The notes below the pieces were generated by a model. The model worked only from the letters and a program-made list of their open reading frames with translations, was not told the DNA's origin and did not search any database. The position numbers and the translations under genes were made by a program. This document shows, piece after piece, positions 1-10,768 of a stretch of DNA of 64,000 bases. This DNA is from a virus. The stretch lies in IMG/VR virus record IMGVR_UViG_3300045988_173323; one strand, 5' to 3'. Within the stretch, counting starts at the first letter, position 1. Each line of letters opens with the position of its first letter.

Positions 1-427
1 TTAGACTACTCGGATATTTTTTTACAATTTCCGCTAAGTCGTCATATAAAGTAACTACTCTTTCCATACCTCTATCAAAAAAAGAATTCATCCAAGCTCT
101 TGAAGATAATTCTTTTAATGCTCTATATCCAATTTTATTTTTAGCAATTAAAATAAAATGAAAATATTTTTGTCCTTTATCTCTTGATGGACATAAATAA
201 ATTTCATTCCCTAATGCAATTTTAAAGTTAGGATTTTTCTCTTTTAATTCCTGAGCATATATATTTATTTCCATATGAGAAGATAGACAATCATGGTCTG
301 TAATAGCAATTCCAGATAAGCCTAAATCAATCGCTCTTTGAATTAAATCTTTTGGTCTATTAATACAATCTAATAAACGAAGATTACTATACTCAGTATG
401 AGAATGAGTTTCAAAACGATTACTCAT
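1..427 (-). CDS. Partial CDS (N-terminal part, runs off window start): PHP-domain protein, possibly N-terminus of a DnaE-like polymerase or PHP phosphoesterase
   Basis: Minus-strand ATG at 425-427 with RBS-like purines upstream. Translation begins MSNRFETHSHTEYSNLRLLDCINRPKDLIQRAIDLGLSGIAITDHDCLSSH, which carries the PHP-domain His/Asp motifs (HxH...D...H). No in-frame stop before position 1. Confidence 0.5.
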   Translation of the reverse strand, partial: MSNRFETHSHTEYSNLRLLDCINRPKDLIQRAIDLGLSGIAITDHDCLSSHMEINIYAQELKEKNPNFKIALGNEIYLCPSRDKGQKYFHFILIAKNKIGYRALKELSSRAWMNSFFDRGMERVVTLYDDLAEIVKKYPSSL

Positions 428-659
428 TTTATTTTCCTTTCATTTACTTATTCTACTTGCTCTTTATAATATTTATAAAATTATTATATTATATTTTTTT
501 ATTGTTGTCAATGCATTTTTTACATTTAATTATTTCTATAGAGTCCCTACCAAGCTCTCTATAGAAAAGATTATATCCTTTAAAAAGAGAGAGTCTATTA
601 CATTTACTACATCTTTTTGGGATAATTGCATACTTATCATAATAAGTTATTGTCATATT

Positions 660-1844
660 TTATTCATTCCTTATTAAAACTAATTTTTTGCTTGCCCGTG
701 TAACTGTAGTATATAGCCAACGTGCATGTTCTGTCTTATCAAAAGGAAAAGTTTCCTCAATAACTAAGACTTTATCCCATTCACTACCTTGTGATTTATG
801 TCCCGTAATAGCATAAGCATATGCAAACTCTTTAGGAACGACATCTCCAATTTTATCTTTTAGTTTCCCTAATTGATAAGCTACTTTCCAATCACAGCAT
901 CTTTCTCCATTTAAAATTAGTTGTTTATCTACAAGAACATAATTAAATGAAGTATTTTTATCAATAATAAAATCTGAGCTAATCATCTCTAATTTACGTT
1001 TATCTGTTTTTATAAATCGCGGAACTGTATAAAAAGTTTCAAAAGGATTCTTTAAGTAGCCAATAGTTCCATTTACTAATGAATCTCCATTTTCATTAAT
1101 ATCATCCCAATAATTTCTTAAACAGATAACTTTATCTCCATCTTCTGGGAGTGATCCCCGCCCCAATAAAGCTCTCATCTGGTTATTGATATTTTGACGA
1201 GTCGCATTTGTTCCTACCAAAATTTGATCCGCCCAAGTAAGCATCCCTGTATTTAAAGTTTCTTTTGATAAGACCTTAACATTATTTCCATTAAATAAAG
1301 AAATTGGTTCTCTTTTTCTAATTTTCATAGATAGTTGAATAATTTCAGAATCTTCCGCCTGCCGCATAATTTCATCTAAGAATATATGCGGATGGTCTAA
1401 TAAATGATTATCTTCATCTTTGTTAATTGGTGGGAGCTGAAACGGATCTCCTAAGCAAATAATATGACATTTATGAGATGCTAGTAATTCCATCAATGAC
1501 TTAGGTGCCATGGAAATTTCATCAACCACTACAACTGAATATGGAATATCTTTTTTTGGTTTTCTAAAGAAACCGCCTTCTGGCTTTGGAAAATGGTCAT
1601 ATAAAAGTTTATGTAAAGTACAAACGTTATGATTTCCTTTTTTCTTTAAAACCTCTGCGGCTTTCCCAGTAAAAGCAGTATAACACACTTTATTTATATC
1701 AATATCTAAAGCTTCAATTATAAATTTTACTAAGCTACTCTTGCCTACTCCCGCGTAACCTCCAATGACAGTGTACTTTTCCTTATTCTTATATCTTTCT
1801 ATTGCAATATGTAATCCTTCTTCTTGTTTCTTTGTTAAAATCAT
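660..1844 (-). CDS. SF1 DNA helicase, Dda/RecD-like
   Basis: Walker A GGYAGVGKS, Walker B VVVDEISM, and a C-terminal motif VTRASKKL typical of RecD/Dda family helicases. Confidence 0.7.
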   Translation of the reverse strand: MILTKKQEEGLHIAIERYKNKEKYTVIGGYAGVGKSSLVKFIIEALDIDINKVCYTAFTGKAAEVLKKKGNHNVCTLHKLLYDHFPKPEGGFFRKPKKDIPYSVVVVDEISMAPKSLMELLASHKCHIICLGDPFQLPPINKDEDNHLLDHPHIFLDEIMRQAEDSEIIQLSMKIRKREPISLFNGNNVKVLSKETLNTGMLTWADQILVGTNATRQNINNQMRALLGRGSLPEDGDKVICLRNYWDDINENGDSLVNGTIGYLKNPFETFYTVPRFIKTDKRKLEMISSDFIIDKNTSFNYVLVDKQLILNGERCCDWKVAYQLGKLKDKIGDVVPKEFAYAYAITGHKSQGSEWDKVLVIEETFPFDKTEHARWLYTTVTRASKKLVLIRNE

Positions 1845-1986
1845 ATTTTACCTTTCCTTATCTTATAAATATATGCTTTTACTTATATTATAACATTTTT
1901 TTAAAGAAAAATCAAAAAATAATTTTTGGTCTGAAAAATCCAAAACCACTTTCAGTTCTCAGAATCGGGCGTAAACTGCCCGGTAG

Positions 1987-3786
1987 TTAAAAGTAATATT
2001 GACTAGAATCAACAATTTCATAATCTTCAATAAAAATTTGAGGATTTACATATCCTTGCCATTCATTCTTATTACATTTACCTACCAAATCAATAGCTAC
2101 ATATCCATCCTCTGAAAATAATTTTTCGTATTCCTCTTGAGAAGAATTGAATTTAATTAAAGAAATATTATTTGGTAAAGTTATTTTTAAAGTAGGTTTT
2201 TTATCTGGTGACATTAAAGTTATCATGTCTTTTGTAATTGTTAAACCTTTAACCGCAACTAAAGGTTCTTCCATATCTTTTCCCCAAAGATCATCTAATG
2301 AAGCTATATCAAGAATATTTTCTGCTTTAACTTGATTTCCTTCATAAATATAATCTACTAAATAAATTGGTTCAGACGACATGAATTTAAGAACTTCATC
2401 TGTATAATCTAAAAACAAAAGTATAGATTCACCCCAAACTTCTTCATCATAGCCTTTTTGACCTAGATATAAACTCAAACCAAAGGCGTTTGGATGTCCT
2501 TCTGCAAACTCTACCCCTGGTGCGGATTCACACAAATTTTTAAAATTAGCAACTCCACCTTTCTCATATCCTCTCGCAGAACCTTGATAAAAAATCTTAT
2601 TTTCATCTTCAACTTGAGTTAAAATGCAACAAGGTCTTTGATACTTTGACATAAACTTATTCGCGATTAATCCAGCTATATTAGAATTAATCTCCCCTGG
2701 TTTAAGTAAAAACAATAGCACTTTGTGATCTAATAAATGCTTCTTTTCAATTTTATCTTCTAAGAGTGTCATTCCTACATCTTGAGCTTTTGTCTGTCGA
2801 TTTTTAACATTAGCTGCAGTTCTAATTGCTTGAAGCACTAATGGCTCTTCTTCTCCTTCTTTATGTCCCCTTTTTGTAGAAGGTATTTTTTTTGAAGCTT
2901 CAAATTTAAGCATTGATTTAAAAACAATATGTTTTTCTTCTAAAGTACCGCTTCTAGCAATAGCATTAACAAAAGGTGCAATGTAAAACGCAGCTCCCAT
3001 AGGAGTGATATTTTTTCCTAATGAATAACTATTTCTATCTGCTATATATACGATAAAAGGATTCTGGATATTTTCATTTTTAAATCCCTTTGTAATTAAA
3101 TGCCTAGTCTCAAAAGAAGTCATACTCATCATATCTGCCATTAGACCTAATGCAACTAAATCTACATAATCTTCGGCATAATTGGTTTTCATAATTAAAT
3201 CTATATATCTGCAAAACTGCCATACAATACCAACACCAGATAGCTGTTTATTTGGATAGTCACTTAATTGATTATTTATAACAATAGCATTTTCACTTAT
3301 ATGATCAGCTTTATGATGATCTAGAACTAAAACATCTATTCCTTTCTCGTTTAACATTTTATGTTCTTCAAAATTGTTACTTGAAGAATCTGGGCAAATA
3401 ACTAAAGAATAGTCTTTTTCAAGAATTATATCTTTACAATCCTTTAATCCATGTTGTTTTCCGCTATGAACTAACCATTCTACTTTTGAAAGAGTATATC
3501 GCGGAAAATGGTCATATAAAAAGTTAATTAAAACAGCACTGCTGGTAAAACCATCACAGTCAGAATCTACTATGATTAAAGTTTTTGTATTATTATAAAT
3601 TGCTTTTAAAAGTACAGCAACGCCTTCTTTTAATACCTTTTCTCCTAACTCTAAAGGCGAATAAATGTCATTATCAGTAGTATTCAAATAATGTTTAATA
3701 TCTTCATGTTTGATTCCACGATTTGTTAAAATTTGCTCTATCGCGGAATATTTTAAATTAACAGGTTTAATTAACTGGTATTTCAT
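1987..3786 (-). CDS. DHH-family phosphoesterase, RecJ-like ssDNA exonuclease
   Basis: DHH motifs IIVDSDCDGFTS and LVLDHHKAD, plus a DHHA1-like C-terminal region (GHPNAFG). Confidence 0.65.
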   Translation of the reverse strand: MKYQLIKPVNLKYSAIEQILTNRGIKHEDIKHYLNTTDNDIYSPLELGEKVLKEGVAVLLKAIYNNTKTLIIVDSDCDGFTSSAVLINFLYDHFPRYTLSKVEWLVHSGKQHGLKDCKDIILEKDYSLVICPDSSSNNFEEHKMLNEKGIDVLVLDHHKADHISENAIVINNQLSDYPNKQLSGVGIVWQFCRYIDLIMKTNYAEDYVDLVALGLMADMMSMTSFETRHLITKGFKNENIQNPFIVYIADRNSYSLGKNITPMGAAFYIAPFVNAIARSGTLEEKHIVFKSMLKFEASKKIPSTKRGHKEGEEEPLVLQAIRTAANVKNRQTKAQDVGMTLLEDKIEKKHLLDHKVLLFLLKPGEINSNIAGLIANKFMSKYQRPCCILTQVEDENKIFYQGSARGYEKGGVANFKNLCESAPGVEFAEGHPNAFGLSLYLGQKGYDEEVWGESILLFLDYTDEVLKFMSSEPIYLVDYIYEGNQVKAENILDIASLDDLWGKDMEEPLVAVKGLTITKDMITLMSPDKKPTLKITLPNNISLIKFNSSQEEYEKLFSEDGYVAIDLVGKCNKNEWQGYVNPQIFIEDYEIVDSSQYYF

Positions 3787-4013
3787 TTAATTTCCTCCAA
3801 AGTAATATTTTTTTTACATTGAGGAGATTTAATTTCCTCCAAAGTAATATTTTTTTTACATTGAGGACAATTAATATATTTTTCATAATAAACTAGCATG
3901 ATGCCCAAACAGTCTGATTTTGTTTTTACATCTTCTTCTTCATAACTAAATAAACATCCACATTCCTTACATTCTTGAATTTTTCTTGTTCCTTTTCTTA
4001 TTATTTTAATCAT
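3783..4013 (-). CDS. Small zinc-ribbon protein with an in-frame 14-aa C-terminal tandem duplication
   Basis: CKECGC...CPQCKK. The C-terminus reads PQCKKNITLEEIKS twice, encoded by a 42-bp tandem DNA repeat at 3787-3870. Confidence 0.4.
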   Translation of the reverse strand: MIKIIRKGTRKIQECKECGCLFSYEEEDVKTKSDCLGIMLVYYEKYINCPQCKKNITLEEIKSPQCKKNITLEEIK

Positions 4014-4268
4014 AATACTCTCCTTATAAATAACAAATTAAAATTTCAACGTCTATATTTTTTAAAATACAATAATATTTCTTTTACTTTATTCTATTTT
4101 AATTTATCTAATCCATATCCAATTTTCGGCATTGCTATTTTTTTTATTATTTTCTCTAATAATAATTTTCATCCAAGACAAAGAACTCTCTAATGACTCA
4201 TAAGATAGCTTACTATAGTATCTTTCTTTAATAAACTATATAAAAGTACCCAAATCTACCGGACATCG

Positions 4269-5405
4269 CTACAACATAATTCTATTTTTAAATAATTTTA
4301 AAAAAGTTTCCTTTCCTTTGTCAACTGGACTATCTTTATAATCTAATAAGTCTTTTTTATCAAACAAATAGCTAATTTGAACATATGCACCATATTTTGT
4401 ATGAATATCATAAAGTTTTTTTGTCCATCTCTCCCATTCTTTGTCCCCGATCTCTTTAAATTGTTTATCAAAAGCAATAATTATTTCTTCGACTCCTAAA
4501 GATAATAATAGCTTAACTTGATAAGTAATTAAAGAGCTGCCGCAAACTGCGACACTAATATCATTCTCTTCGCCAAAAAAACTTGCGTATAGAAGAGATG
4601 ATTTTTCTCCTTCATAAACAATAACTTTTTTAATTATTTTTATATTATTTTTACTATTGTTAAGATTATATAAGTTAAAGCCTAGAGGATGGTTATACAT
4701 AACTCCATTTAGAATAGCTGGTCGATATTTTCCAAAATTTTCTTCTTCTTTAATTAAAGTTCTTTCTCTTATTCCAACTAATTGATTATTTATATCATAA
4801 TGCGGAATTACTATACCTTGGTTTTTAGGATCATAGGCGATGCCCCTATGATCCATTACCTCTTTTTTTATTCCCTCTTGTTCCCAAGTTATTATTCGCG
4901 GACGAGGTAAATACTGTAAAATTTTATTATCAAAAATTCTTAATTCTACTCTTTGCTCTTGTTCATCTTTGTTTATTTGCTCATAATTATTAAGAACTTC
5001 CCAATCTTTTAATTTCTCTTGAGTCTTTTGAAAATCAAATGTTTTTGGTGAATATCCATAATATATTGCAACAAATTCAACAGCATCAAAAAGTTCCCAT
5101 TCTCTATAACAAACTTTTCCTTCTTTGTTATAATAACTTTTTAAGTCCTTACTATTATTTTTTATCTTTCTTACAAGTTCATATATATCAAAGCTAGTCC
5201 CACAATCAGTATAGCATCTAAATAATTTAGTATTGTCATAATAATATAATTTATAAGAGCCTTCTCCAGCATGATTATGACATATTGTTTTAGAAATAAA
5301 AAAACCACTTTCCATTCGCGGCTCTCCACCCAATTCCGCGACCAGATCAAAAACTTGCTCTATTGAAAGATTTAATTTTAATTCGTCTTTATCATACTTA
5401 TACAA
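4269..5405 (-). CDS. DNA primase, DnaG-like (zinc-binding domain + TOPRIM)
   Basis: N-terminal zinc motif CHNH...C..C and a TOPRIM segment VIVYEGEKSS...DKQF. Confidence 0.6.
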   Translation of the reverse strand: MYKYDKDELKLNLSIEQVFDLVAELGGEPRMESGFFISKTICHNHAGEGSYKLYYYDNTKLFRCYTDCGTSFDIYELVRKIKNNSKDLKSYYNKEGKVCYREWELFDAVEFVAIYYGYSPKTFDFQKTQEKLKDWEVLNNYEQINKDEQEQRVELRIFDNKILQYLPRPRIITWEQEGIKKEVMDHRGIAYDPKNQGIVIPHYDINNQLVGIRERTLIKEEENFGKYRPAILNGVMYNHPLGFNLYNLNNSKNNIKIIKKVIVYEGEKSSLLYASFFGEENDISVAVCGSSLITYQVKLLLSLGVEEIIIAFDKQFKEIGDKEWERWTKKLYDIHTKYGAYVQISYLFDKKDLLDYKDSPVDKGKETFLKLFKNRIML

Positions 5406-5434
5406 GACTCTTTATTCCTTTCTTTCTTTTTAAA

Positions 5435-7003
5435 TTAAAAAGCACTAACATCAGCCTTTTTTTCTTCTTTTGGCTTAACAGTGATTTTTAAATCTTCAAT
5501 AGGAATCAACTCATACTGGTAATTAGTTGCAAACATAGGAATAATTTTACAAGTACCTCTATTCGCCTTACACCACAATAAAATTCCTTTATATCTACCT
5601 CTACGATTTTTATAAACAGAAATTTTAATTAAAGGTATTTCAAACCCGCCTTGAGCTAAAACATTTTCTAAAGCCGTACGATCATCATTATCAACTTCAA
5701 GCATAATCATACCACAATCAATTTTATCCGCAATAGATTTAGCTCCTCTTAACAGATTCTGATCATACTGTTGAGCTGTTATATAACTACTATTTAACTG
5801 AGTTGCCGTCATAATAAAAATGCCATACTGATTACACATATCTTTTAAACGAATTGAAATCATAAAAAGGATATTATCCTCTCTTAACCCTCTCACTCCA
5901 GTTTTAGATGAAACTTCACTTAGAATCTTCATGCTTGTATGGATGTAATCGAAGAACACATATTTAACATCATATTCTCTAACTCCACGTTTAATAGTAT
6001 TCTCAATATCTTTTAAAGAAAAATCTGGTAATTGTTCTATATATAATGGACATCTCTTTAAAAGGTTTGCCGCATAAATAACACGTTCCCATTCTCCTGA
6101 ATAGTATTCTCCAGAGATGATATGCTCTTCATCTACATCAGATAAAAAAGCGATCATCATAGTCTGAATTTCATCTTTCTCTTGTTCTGTTGAAATAAAG
6201 ATTGTTGGTTCTTTAGTTCCATTTGGAATCCATTTTTCTTCTTTAGAATCATAAATTTCATCGCACGCAATAGAACATGCATCCGCAATCATCGCTCGTG
6301 TTTTTCCTACTCCTGTTGCGGCTGATCGCAAATAAAATTTCTTTAATCTAGCCCCTCTGGTTACAGTATTTATCAAGGGTCCGAATAGAGGATATCCTGC
6401 TTCAGGTGTCTCTTTTAAGCGTTCAAGTAGCTCTAATGCTCCATTACCTGCCAGCTCCGCACCATTAGAAGCATCATCTACATACTTTAATCTTATATCA
6501 GTAATTTTTTTGTCAATGATCTCTGCAATATCTTCAATAGATGAATTATCTAACCAATCCTCTTGAGCCTGCTTCTTCTTAACATCCATAATATTGTCTA
6601 TATCATATAACCATGATAAATCCATTCCTATATTTTGATACATTCTTAGCAAAGTCATCTTTTTCATCCTGCTATAATAAAAATCAAAAGCAGCTAATTG
6701 TACTGATTTACTTAATTTTTGAAGATATTCTTGTCCCTTATTAGCCTTATAAACTGCATAGCTTTTTGGTCTTTGCTCTAAATAATCTTCTATCGCATTG
6801 ATAGAAATTTCTTTAGCACCTAATTCATGTAAATTATATATAGACCCAAAAAGAATTTTATGAAATTCTTCTGTAAAATCTTCTTCATTAAAAAAGTATT
6901 TTCCATCTTCATCTAGTAAATTAGGGTTTAAATAAATCCCTCCAATAACTTGAATAATAGATGGAATGTCCACATATTTTCCCATTTTATTCTTCCTCCT
7001 CAC
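5435..7003 (-). CDS. Replicative DNA helicase, DnaB-like
   Basis: Walker A RSAATGVGKT, Walker B-like FFDYIHT, and IFIMTATQLNSS (the DnaB 'QLNR'-type motif). Confidence 0.7.
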   Translation of the reverse strand: MRRKNKMGKYVDIPSIIQVIGGIYLNPNLLDEDGKYFFNEEDFTEEFHKILFGSIYNLHELGAKEISINAIEDYLEQRPKSYAVYKANKGQEYLQKLSKSVQLAAFDFYYSRMKKMTLLRMYQNIGMDLSWLYDIDNIMDVKKKQAQEDWLDNSSIEDIAEIIDKKITDIRLKYVDDASNGAELAGNGALELLERLKETPEAGYPLFGPLINTVTRGARLKKFYLRSAATGVGKTRAMIADACSIACDEIYDSKEEKWIPNGTKEPTIFISTEQEKDEIQTMMIAFLSDVDEEHIISGEYYSGEWERVIYAANLLKRCPLYIEQLPDFSLKDIENTIKRGVREYDVKYVFFDYIHTSMKILSEVSSKTGVRGLREDNILFMISIRLKDMCNQYGIFIMTATQLNSSYITAQQYDQNLLRGAKSIADKIDCGMIMLEVDNDDRTALENVLAQGGFEIPLIKISVYKNRRGRYKGILLWCKANRGTCKIIPMFATNYQYELIPIEDLKITVKPKEEKKADVSAF

Positions 7004-7502
7004 TGTTTAAATTAAATAATCTCTTCATTTTTCGAATCGCGGAAGGAGGAGTAATTTCTATATATTTTATTTTAGGTTTATATTCTTCAATATTCTTATT
7101 TTCATTTGATAATTTCGCTAAATACAAGCTATAATAATATTGTAAAGCATCCTTGTATATAAAAGGGATAATACCAATCCCGCCATTCGCTTTTTCTATT
7201 GAATTTCCTTTAATTTCATAAAACCAAATCAAAGATTTTAACATTCCACTATAAGTATAATTATACATAGCTTTATAATCTTTAATTTGTTTTTTAATTC
7301 TAGCATTAATATAAGGTTCATCAAATAGTTTCATAATATATTGCTCTAATTTTTCTAAGTCTTGCTCTTCCTGGCTTTTTTCTTTTTGATTCTTTTCCGC
7401 ACATTCTTTATGTGCATATCTCCTTGCGGAAATTTGAGTTGTGTCTATTTTGTCTCTATCAAAACGTTTTTTACAATAAACGCACGTTACTAAATGAGCC
7501 AT
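6987..7502 (-). CDS. Hypothetical protein with N-terminal zinc ribbon
   Basis: CVYCKKRFDRD...RYAHKEC. This is paralogous to the N-terminus of the AAA+ ATPase at 33370-34572. Confidence 0.35.
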   Translation of the reverse strand: MAHLVTCVYCKKRFDRDKIDTTQISARRYAHKECAEKNQKEKSQEEQDLEKLEQYIMKLFDEPYINARIKKQIKDYKAMYNYTYSGMLKSLIWFYEIKGNSIEKANGGIGIIPFIYKDALQYYYSLYLAKLSNENKNIEEYKPKIKYIEITPPSAIRKMKRLFNLNSEEEE

Positions 7503-7568
7503 TTAAAACTCCTTAATTCTTTTATTATATTATAACATATTTTTTAATAAATATCAAAAAAGTGTGGA

Positions 7569-8510
7569 CTAATCCACACTTTTTACTAATTCTTTCAAGT
7601 CAGTAACAATTAAATCTAAAGCCTCAACTTGATCTCTTGAACATTGACTAACTTTCATACCTTTTCCTAAATATCTATCTGTAATTTGAACGATTCTAGG
7701 CTGCCAATATTCTTTAAATTCCTCATTAGATTTTTGCATGATTAAATCATTTACAATAGTATTGAAACTATTCAATAATTCATCAAAATCTAATTCCGCT
7801 CTTGTGTCTTTATATAAGTTTGATCTTTCGTCTGTAAAATACTCACTTCCATCTTCTTCCATTTGTTTATCAATAGCCATGCCAATAGCATCAACTAAGC
7901 TTTGATAATTAAAATCAATGTAATCTGGAGTATATTTAAAACGAGAGCCTGCAATATATCTTGGCGTTCCACGCATAAATAATTTAGTTGAAGTTTTACC
8001 TTCTTTATCTTGAATACTACGAGAGTAGCCTATAATATCGCACATTCGAGATACAATCGCTCTAGGTTTATTTCCTAAGGTAGGAACGATCTGATTATAC
8101 TCTTGACCTTGCTCATCTTTAAAAGTTTTATCTACTGAGTGACTAATTAAAACTAAACCGTAATCCATTTGAATAATAGAACGTAAACATTCATCATATT
8201 CTTTGGCGACTAGAGTATACCCTTTCCCAAAAGGAATATCACTAACAGAATCCACCCCAAAGCCGCCATCTGGTCTTTTTGCATTGGCACAAATATACTT
8301 TTCACACAAGTCATATGCGATATCTGCTGTATCCAGAATAATCGTTTCAAACTGTTCTTTTACTTTTTCATCTTTTAATTGTCTCAGCACTTTTCTAAAT
8401 TCCGCCCAAGTATTAATTGGCTGAGCCATTGCTCCAGGAATCGCGTTGTATCCTTTCTCAAAAGCCAGCAACAAGTGGCGTGGAAATTTGGTTGCGATTG
8501 TCGTTTTACC
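7569..8510 (-). CDS. AAA_24/Sak4-like phage ATPase, exon 2 (joins exon 1 at 9645-9734)
   Basis: The ORF begins abruptly inside the P-loop (..GKTTIATKF). Joining with the upstream exon reconstitutes FFYGEPKSGKTT. The RecA-like core matches phage Sak4/AAA_24 family proteins. Confidence 0.65.
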   Translation of the reverse strand, partial: GKTTIATKFPRHLLLAFEKGYNAIPGAMAQPINTWAEFRKVLRQLKDEKVKEQFETIILDTADIAYDLCEKYICANAKRPDGGFGVDSVSDIPFGKGYTLVAKEYDECLRSIIQMDYGLVLISHSVDKTFKDEQGQEYNQIVPTLGNKPRAIVSRMCDIIGYSRSIQDKEGKTSTKLFMRGTPRYIAGSRFKYTPDYIDFNYQSLVDAIGMAIDKQMEEDGSEYFTDERSNLYKDTRAELDFDELLNSFNTIVNDLIMQKSNEEFKEYWQPRIVQITDRYLGKGMKVSQCSRDQVEALDLIVTDLKELVKSVD

Positions 8511-9644
8511 CAATAGTTATTAACTGTAAGTTTTTTATCTTACACTCTGGAGATTTCTCTCATTTTCATCAGTTGGTTAATTCCAACCCAGTTTAGCATA
8601 GCTTCTCTTCCATTCTTTTATTTGGAAGTTGCAGACTCGTGGTTTTATTATATTCTAATATTTATTAGAAACAATACTACTGATATTGTTTCTTTGTAAC
8701 CATTTTTTATATTTGTAATATTTCCTTAGCAAGAAAATATCATTAAGACTATACATTTCATCAAGGATTTTTTTAGCATCTTTAGTAGAATAAGTTAATG
8801 TATAATAATTTTTTCTACTTTTATCTTTATATACTTCTTTATTATTACTACAGAGGAAACTTAAAATTCGAGCAAAATCTTTTAATAATTCTGGTCGATA
8901 AGAACAAATTTCAAGGCAACATGTAGTACCATTATCTTTAAAACAGCCATTTCCATCGAAATATCCTAAAATAAAACTTAATTGCTTACTAAAATCAAAA
9001 ATAGGTAATTCCATTTTTTTATAAGTTTTATTTGGAACAATTCCATACTTAGCTAATTGTTTTTTATGATTTTTACTACTCCAAGATAATTCAGATACTT
9101 TAAAACCATTATTAGTTTCATAATCTAAGATATCTCTTTCACTTTCTATCATTATTTTAATTTTTTCTAATATAGGTCTATCTACTGAACTTAATCCTAT
9201 TTTAATACGATTTCTGTTTTTTGAAACATTACCATCTGCTACTAAAAAACCTAATAACCAAGCTTTTTCATTAGAATCTATATTATCAAAATAATGATGA
9301 TTAACTTTAAGACCTTTTTCTTGATTTATTATTCTATTTTGCTCTGCTCTTGTCCGTATTTTAATTCCATTCTTTATAAGAATAGATTTAATTTTTCCCC
9401 CATATGTGTCATACTTATTTGCGATAAAGCTTAAAGATTTTCCTTCATTATATAATTTTATTATCTCTTGGATGTTCATATATGATACATGCCTTTCATA
9501 AATATTAGTTTCAAAAACTATGCGTTGCGTGTGTTATTCTTTTTAAAGAATAACTTCCCTTCGGATTCTCCTAATCTAATAGGATTCTTTCCGTTTTTTC
9601 TGCAATGTTTGCTCTATAATTACTTATAGAGAGAGCAGTTATTT
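8511..9644 (-). other. Group I intron (~1.13 kb) carrying a LAGLIDADG homing endonuclease ORF
   Basis: Exon 1 ends in U (..AAG AGU). The intron's last base is G (..UUG) before exon 2 GGU AAA ACG. Joining restores the Walker A GEPKSGKT. The flanks are non-coding and GC-richer, and the internal ORF is a homing endonuclease. Confidence 0.65.
8655..9479 (-). mobile_element. LAGLIDADG homing endonuclease (intron-encoded)
   Basis: Two LAGLIDADG motifs: LLGFLVADGNV and ILGYFDGNGCF. There is an N-terminal HTH-like region. Confidence 0.8.
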
Positions 9645-9734
9645 ACTCTTAGGCTCTCCATAGAAGAATACACTATATCCTCTTAAATCTCTTGATACTT
9701 GATGTGGTTTAATATTAAGTAAATCAATTCCCAT
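9645..9734 (-). CDS. AAA_24/Sak4-like ATPase, exon 1 (30 codons)
   Basis: Translation is MGIDLLNIKPHQVSRDLRGYSVFFYGEPKS. It continues in frame into exon 2 once the intron at 8511-9644 is removed. Confidence 0.6.
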
Positions 9735-9817
9735 AATTATCTTTCCTCTAACTTTCTTTATTTCTTTATTTATTTCTCATTAAATTAAATTAAATTGGGA
9801 GCTAAGCTCCCAATTTA

Positions 9818-10768
9818 TTAAAAGTTAAAACCGCCGCTGTTTACTGAAACAGTTGAGGCTTTAGGAGAAGAAGAATTGTTATTAGCAGCTTTCTGAGCCA
9901 AATACTCTTCTCTTCTCTTCTTAACCTCAGCAAGATGAACCTCTCTATTCTGCATAGCCTGAGTAACTTCTTCCGCAGTTAAAACTTTCTCATCTCCAAA
10001 ATCATATGGTACAAGAGATACTCCAATAATCTCCCATTCTTTTGATTTCTTCTCATAGCTTTTTACTGCTACTTCACCGCCAAAAGCTGATTCTTCTTTC
10101 TGTTCTACTACAATAGTTCTGCAATTAATTCTTCCCCACACTTTTGTAAATAAAGGTTCTGAAGAAGAAAAATCTAAATTCTCAAAATACTTAATACCTT
10201 CTGGATTTTTTAATACAAACTCTACTGGTAAAATATCATTTCTAAAATTAAAAACTGCCCCTCTGATTGTTAAGTAATCATTTAAAATACCTTTTTCCTC
10301 ATCTGCTTCCACTCTATTCATAGAAGTCATAAGCATATCTGTTGTAAAGGTATTTCTTTCATTTTCTTTACATAAATTACTAACAATAGTAACAAATCCA
10401 CCCTCATTAATCTTCTGTGATACTAAAGTGTCTTCATTAACATAGAAATCATTTAAAGCAAGAGCAGTATCAATTTTTACTTTCGTTGCCTCATCTTTTC
10501 CGTCTGTAATCCATGCTTTTCCTTCATCAATAATTTTCTTCAAAGCTGTATAAGTAGCGTTTTTCTTACCAGCTTTTGTTGTTTCTGTCACGTATGTAAA
10601 GTCTACTTTTACAATATTCATACCCTCTTCATCTACAGCTACACTTAATGTACCTGAAATGAATTCTTTTCCATAATTACTTGACTGCTGATTTTGAACT
10701 GTTTTAATTGTCAATTCATGCTCATATACTCTGCCCTCGATATGTTCTGTATTAATTGCTTTTTTCAT
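9818..10768 (-). CDS. Hypothetical protein, possibly ssDNA-binding (speculative)
   Basis: 316 aa with no catalytic motifs. It ends in a C-terminal GGFNF tail reminiscent of phage SSB C-termini, and it sits beside a Sak4-like gene. Confidence 0.25.
   Translation of the reverse strand: MKKAINTEHIEGRVYEHELTIKTVQNQQSSNYGKEFISGTLSVAVDEEGMNIVKVDFTYVTETTKAGKKNATYTALKKIIDEGKAWITDGKDEATKVKIDTALALNDFYVNEDTLVSQKINEGGFVTIVSNLCKENERNTFTTDMLMTSMNRVEADEEKGILNDYLTIRGAVFNFRNDILPVEFVLKNPEGIKYFENLDFSSSEPLFTKVWGRINCRTIVVEQKEESAFGGEVAVKSYEKKSKEWEIIGVSLVPYDFGDEKVLTAEEVTQAMQNREVHLAEVKKRREEYLAQKAANNNSSSPKASTVSVNSGGFNF

Noticed and set aside
8203-8424. Plus-strand 73-aa ORF inside the Sak4-like gene, and other antisense ORFs (1802-1990, 2147-2335, 15178-15624, 17301-17513, 17779-18111, 28106-28339, 28916-29188, 29817-30038, 30765-30974, 32022-32285, 62005-62364)
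   Set aside because: They are antisense to strongly supported CDSs, lack ribosome-binding sites, and are hydrophobic or low-complexity, as expected from AT-rich reverse frames.
9818-10768. Confident SSB assignment for the 316-aa protein
   Set aside because: There is only a C-terminal aromatic tail and genomic context, with no OB-fold motif recognisable by eye. It is kept as hypothetical.
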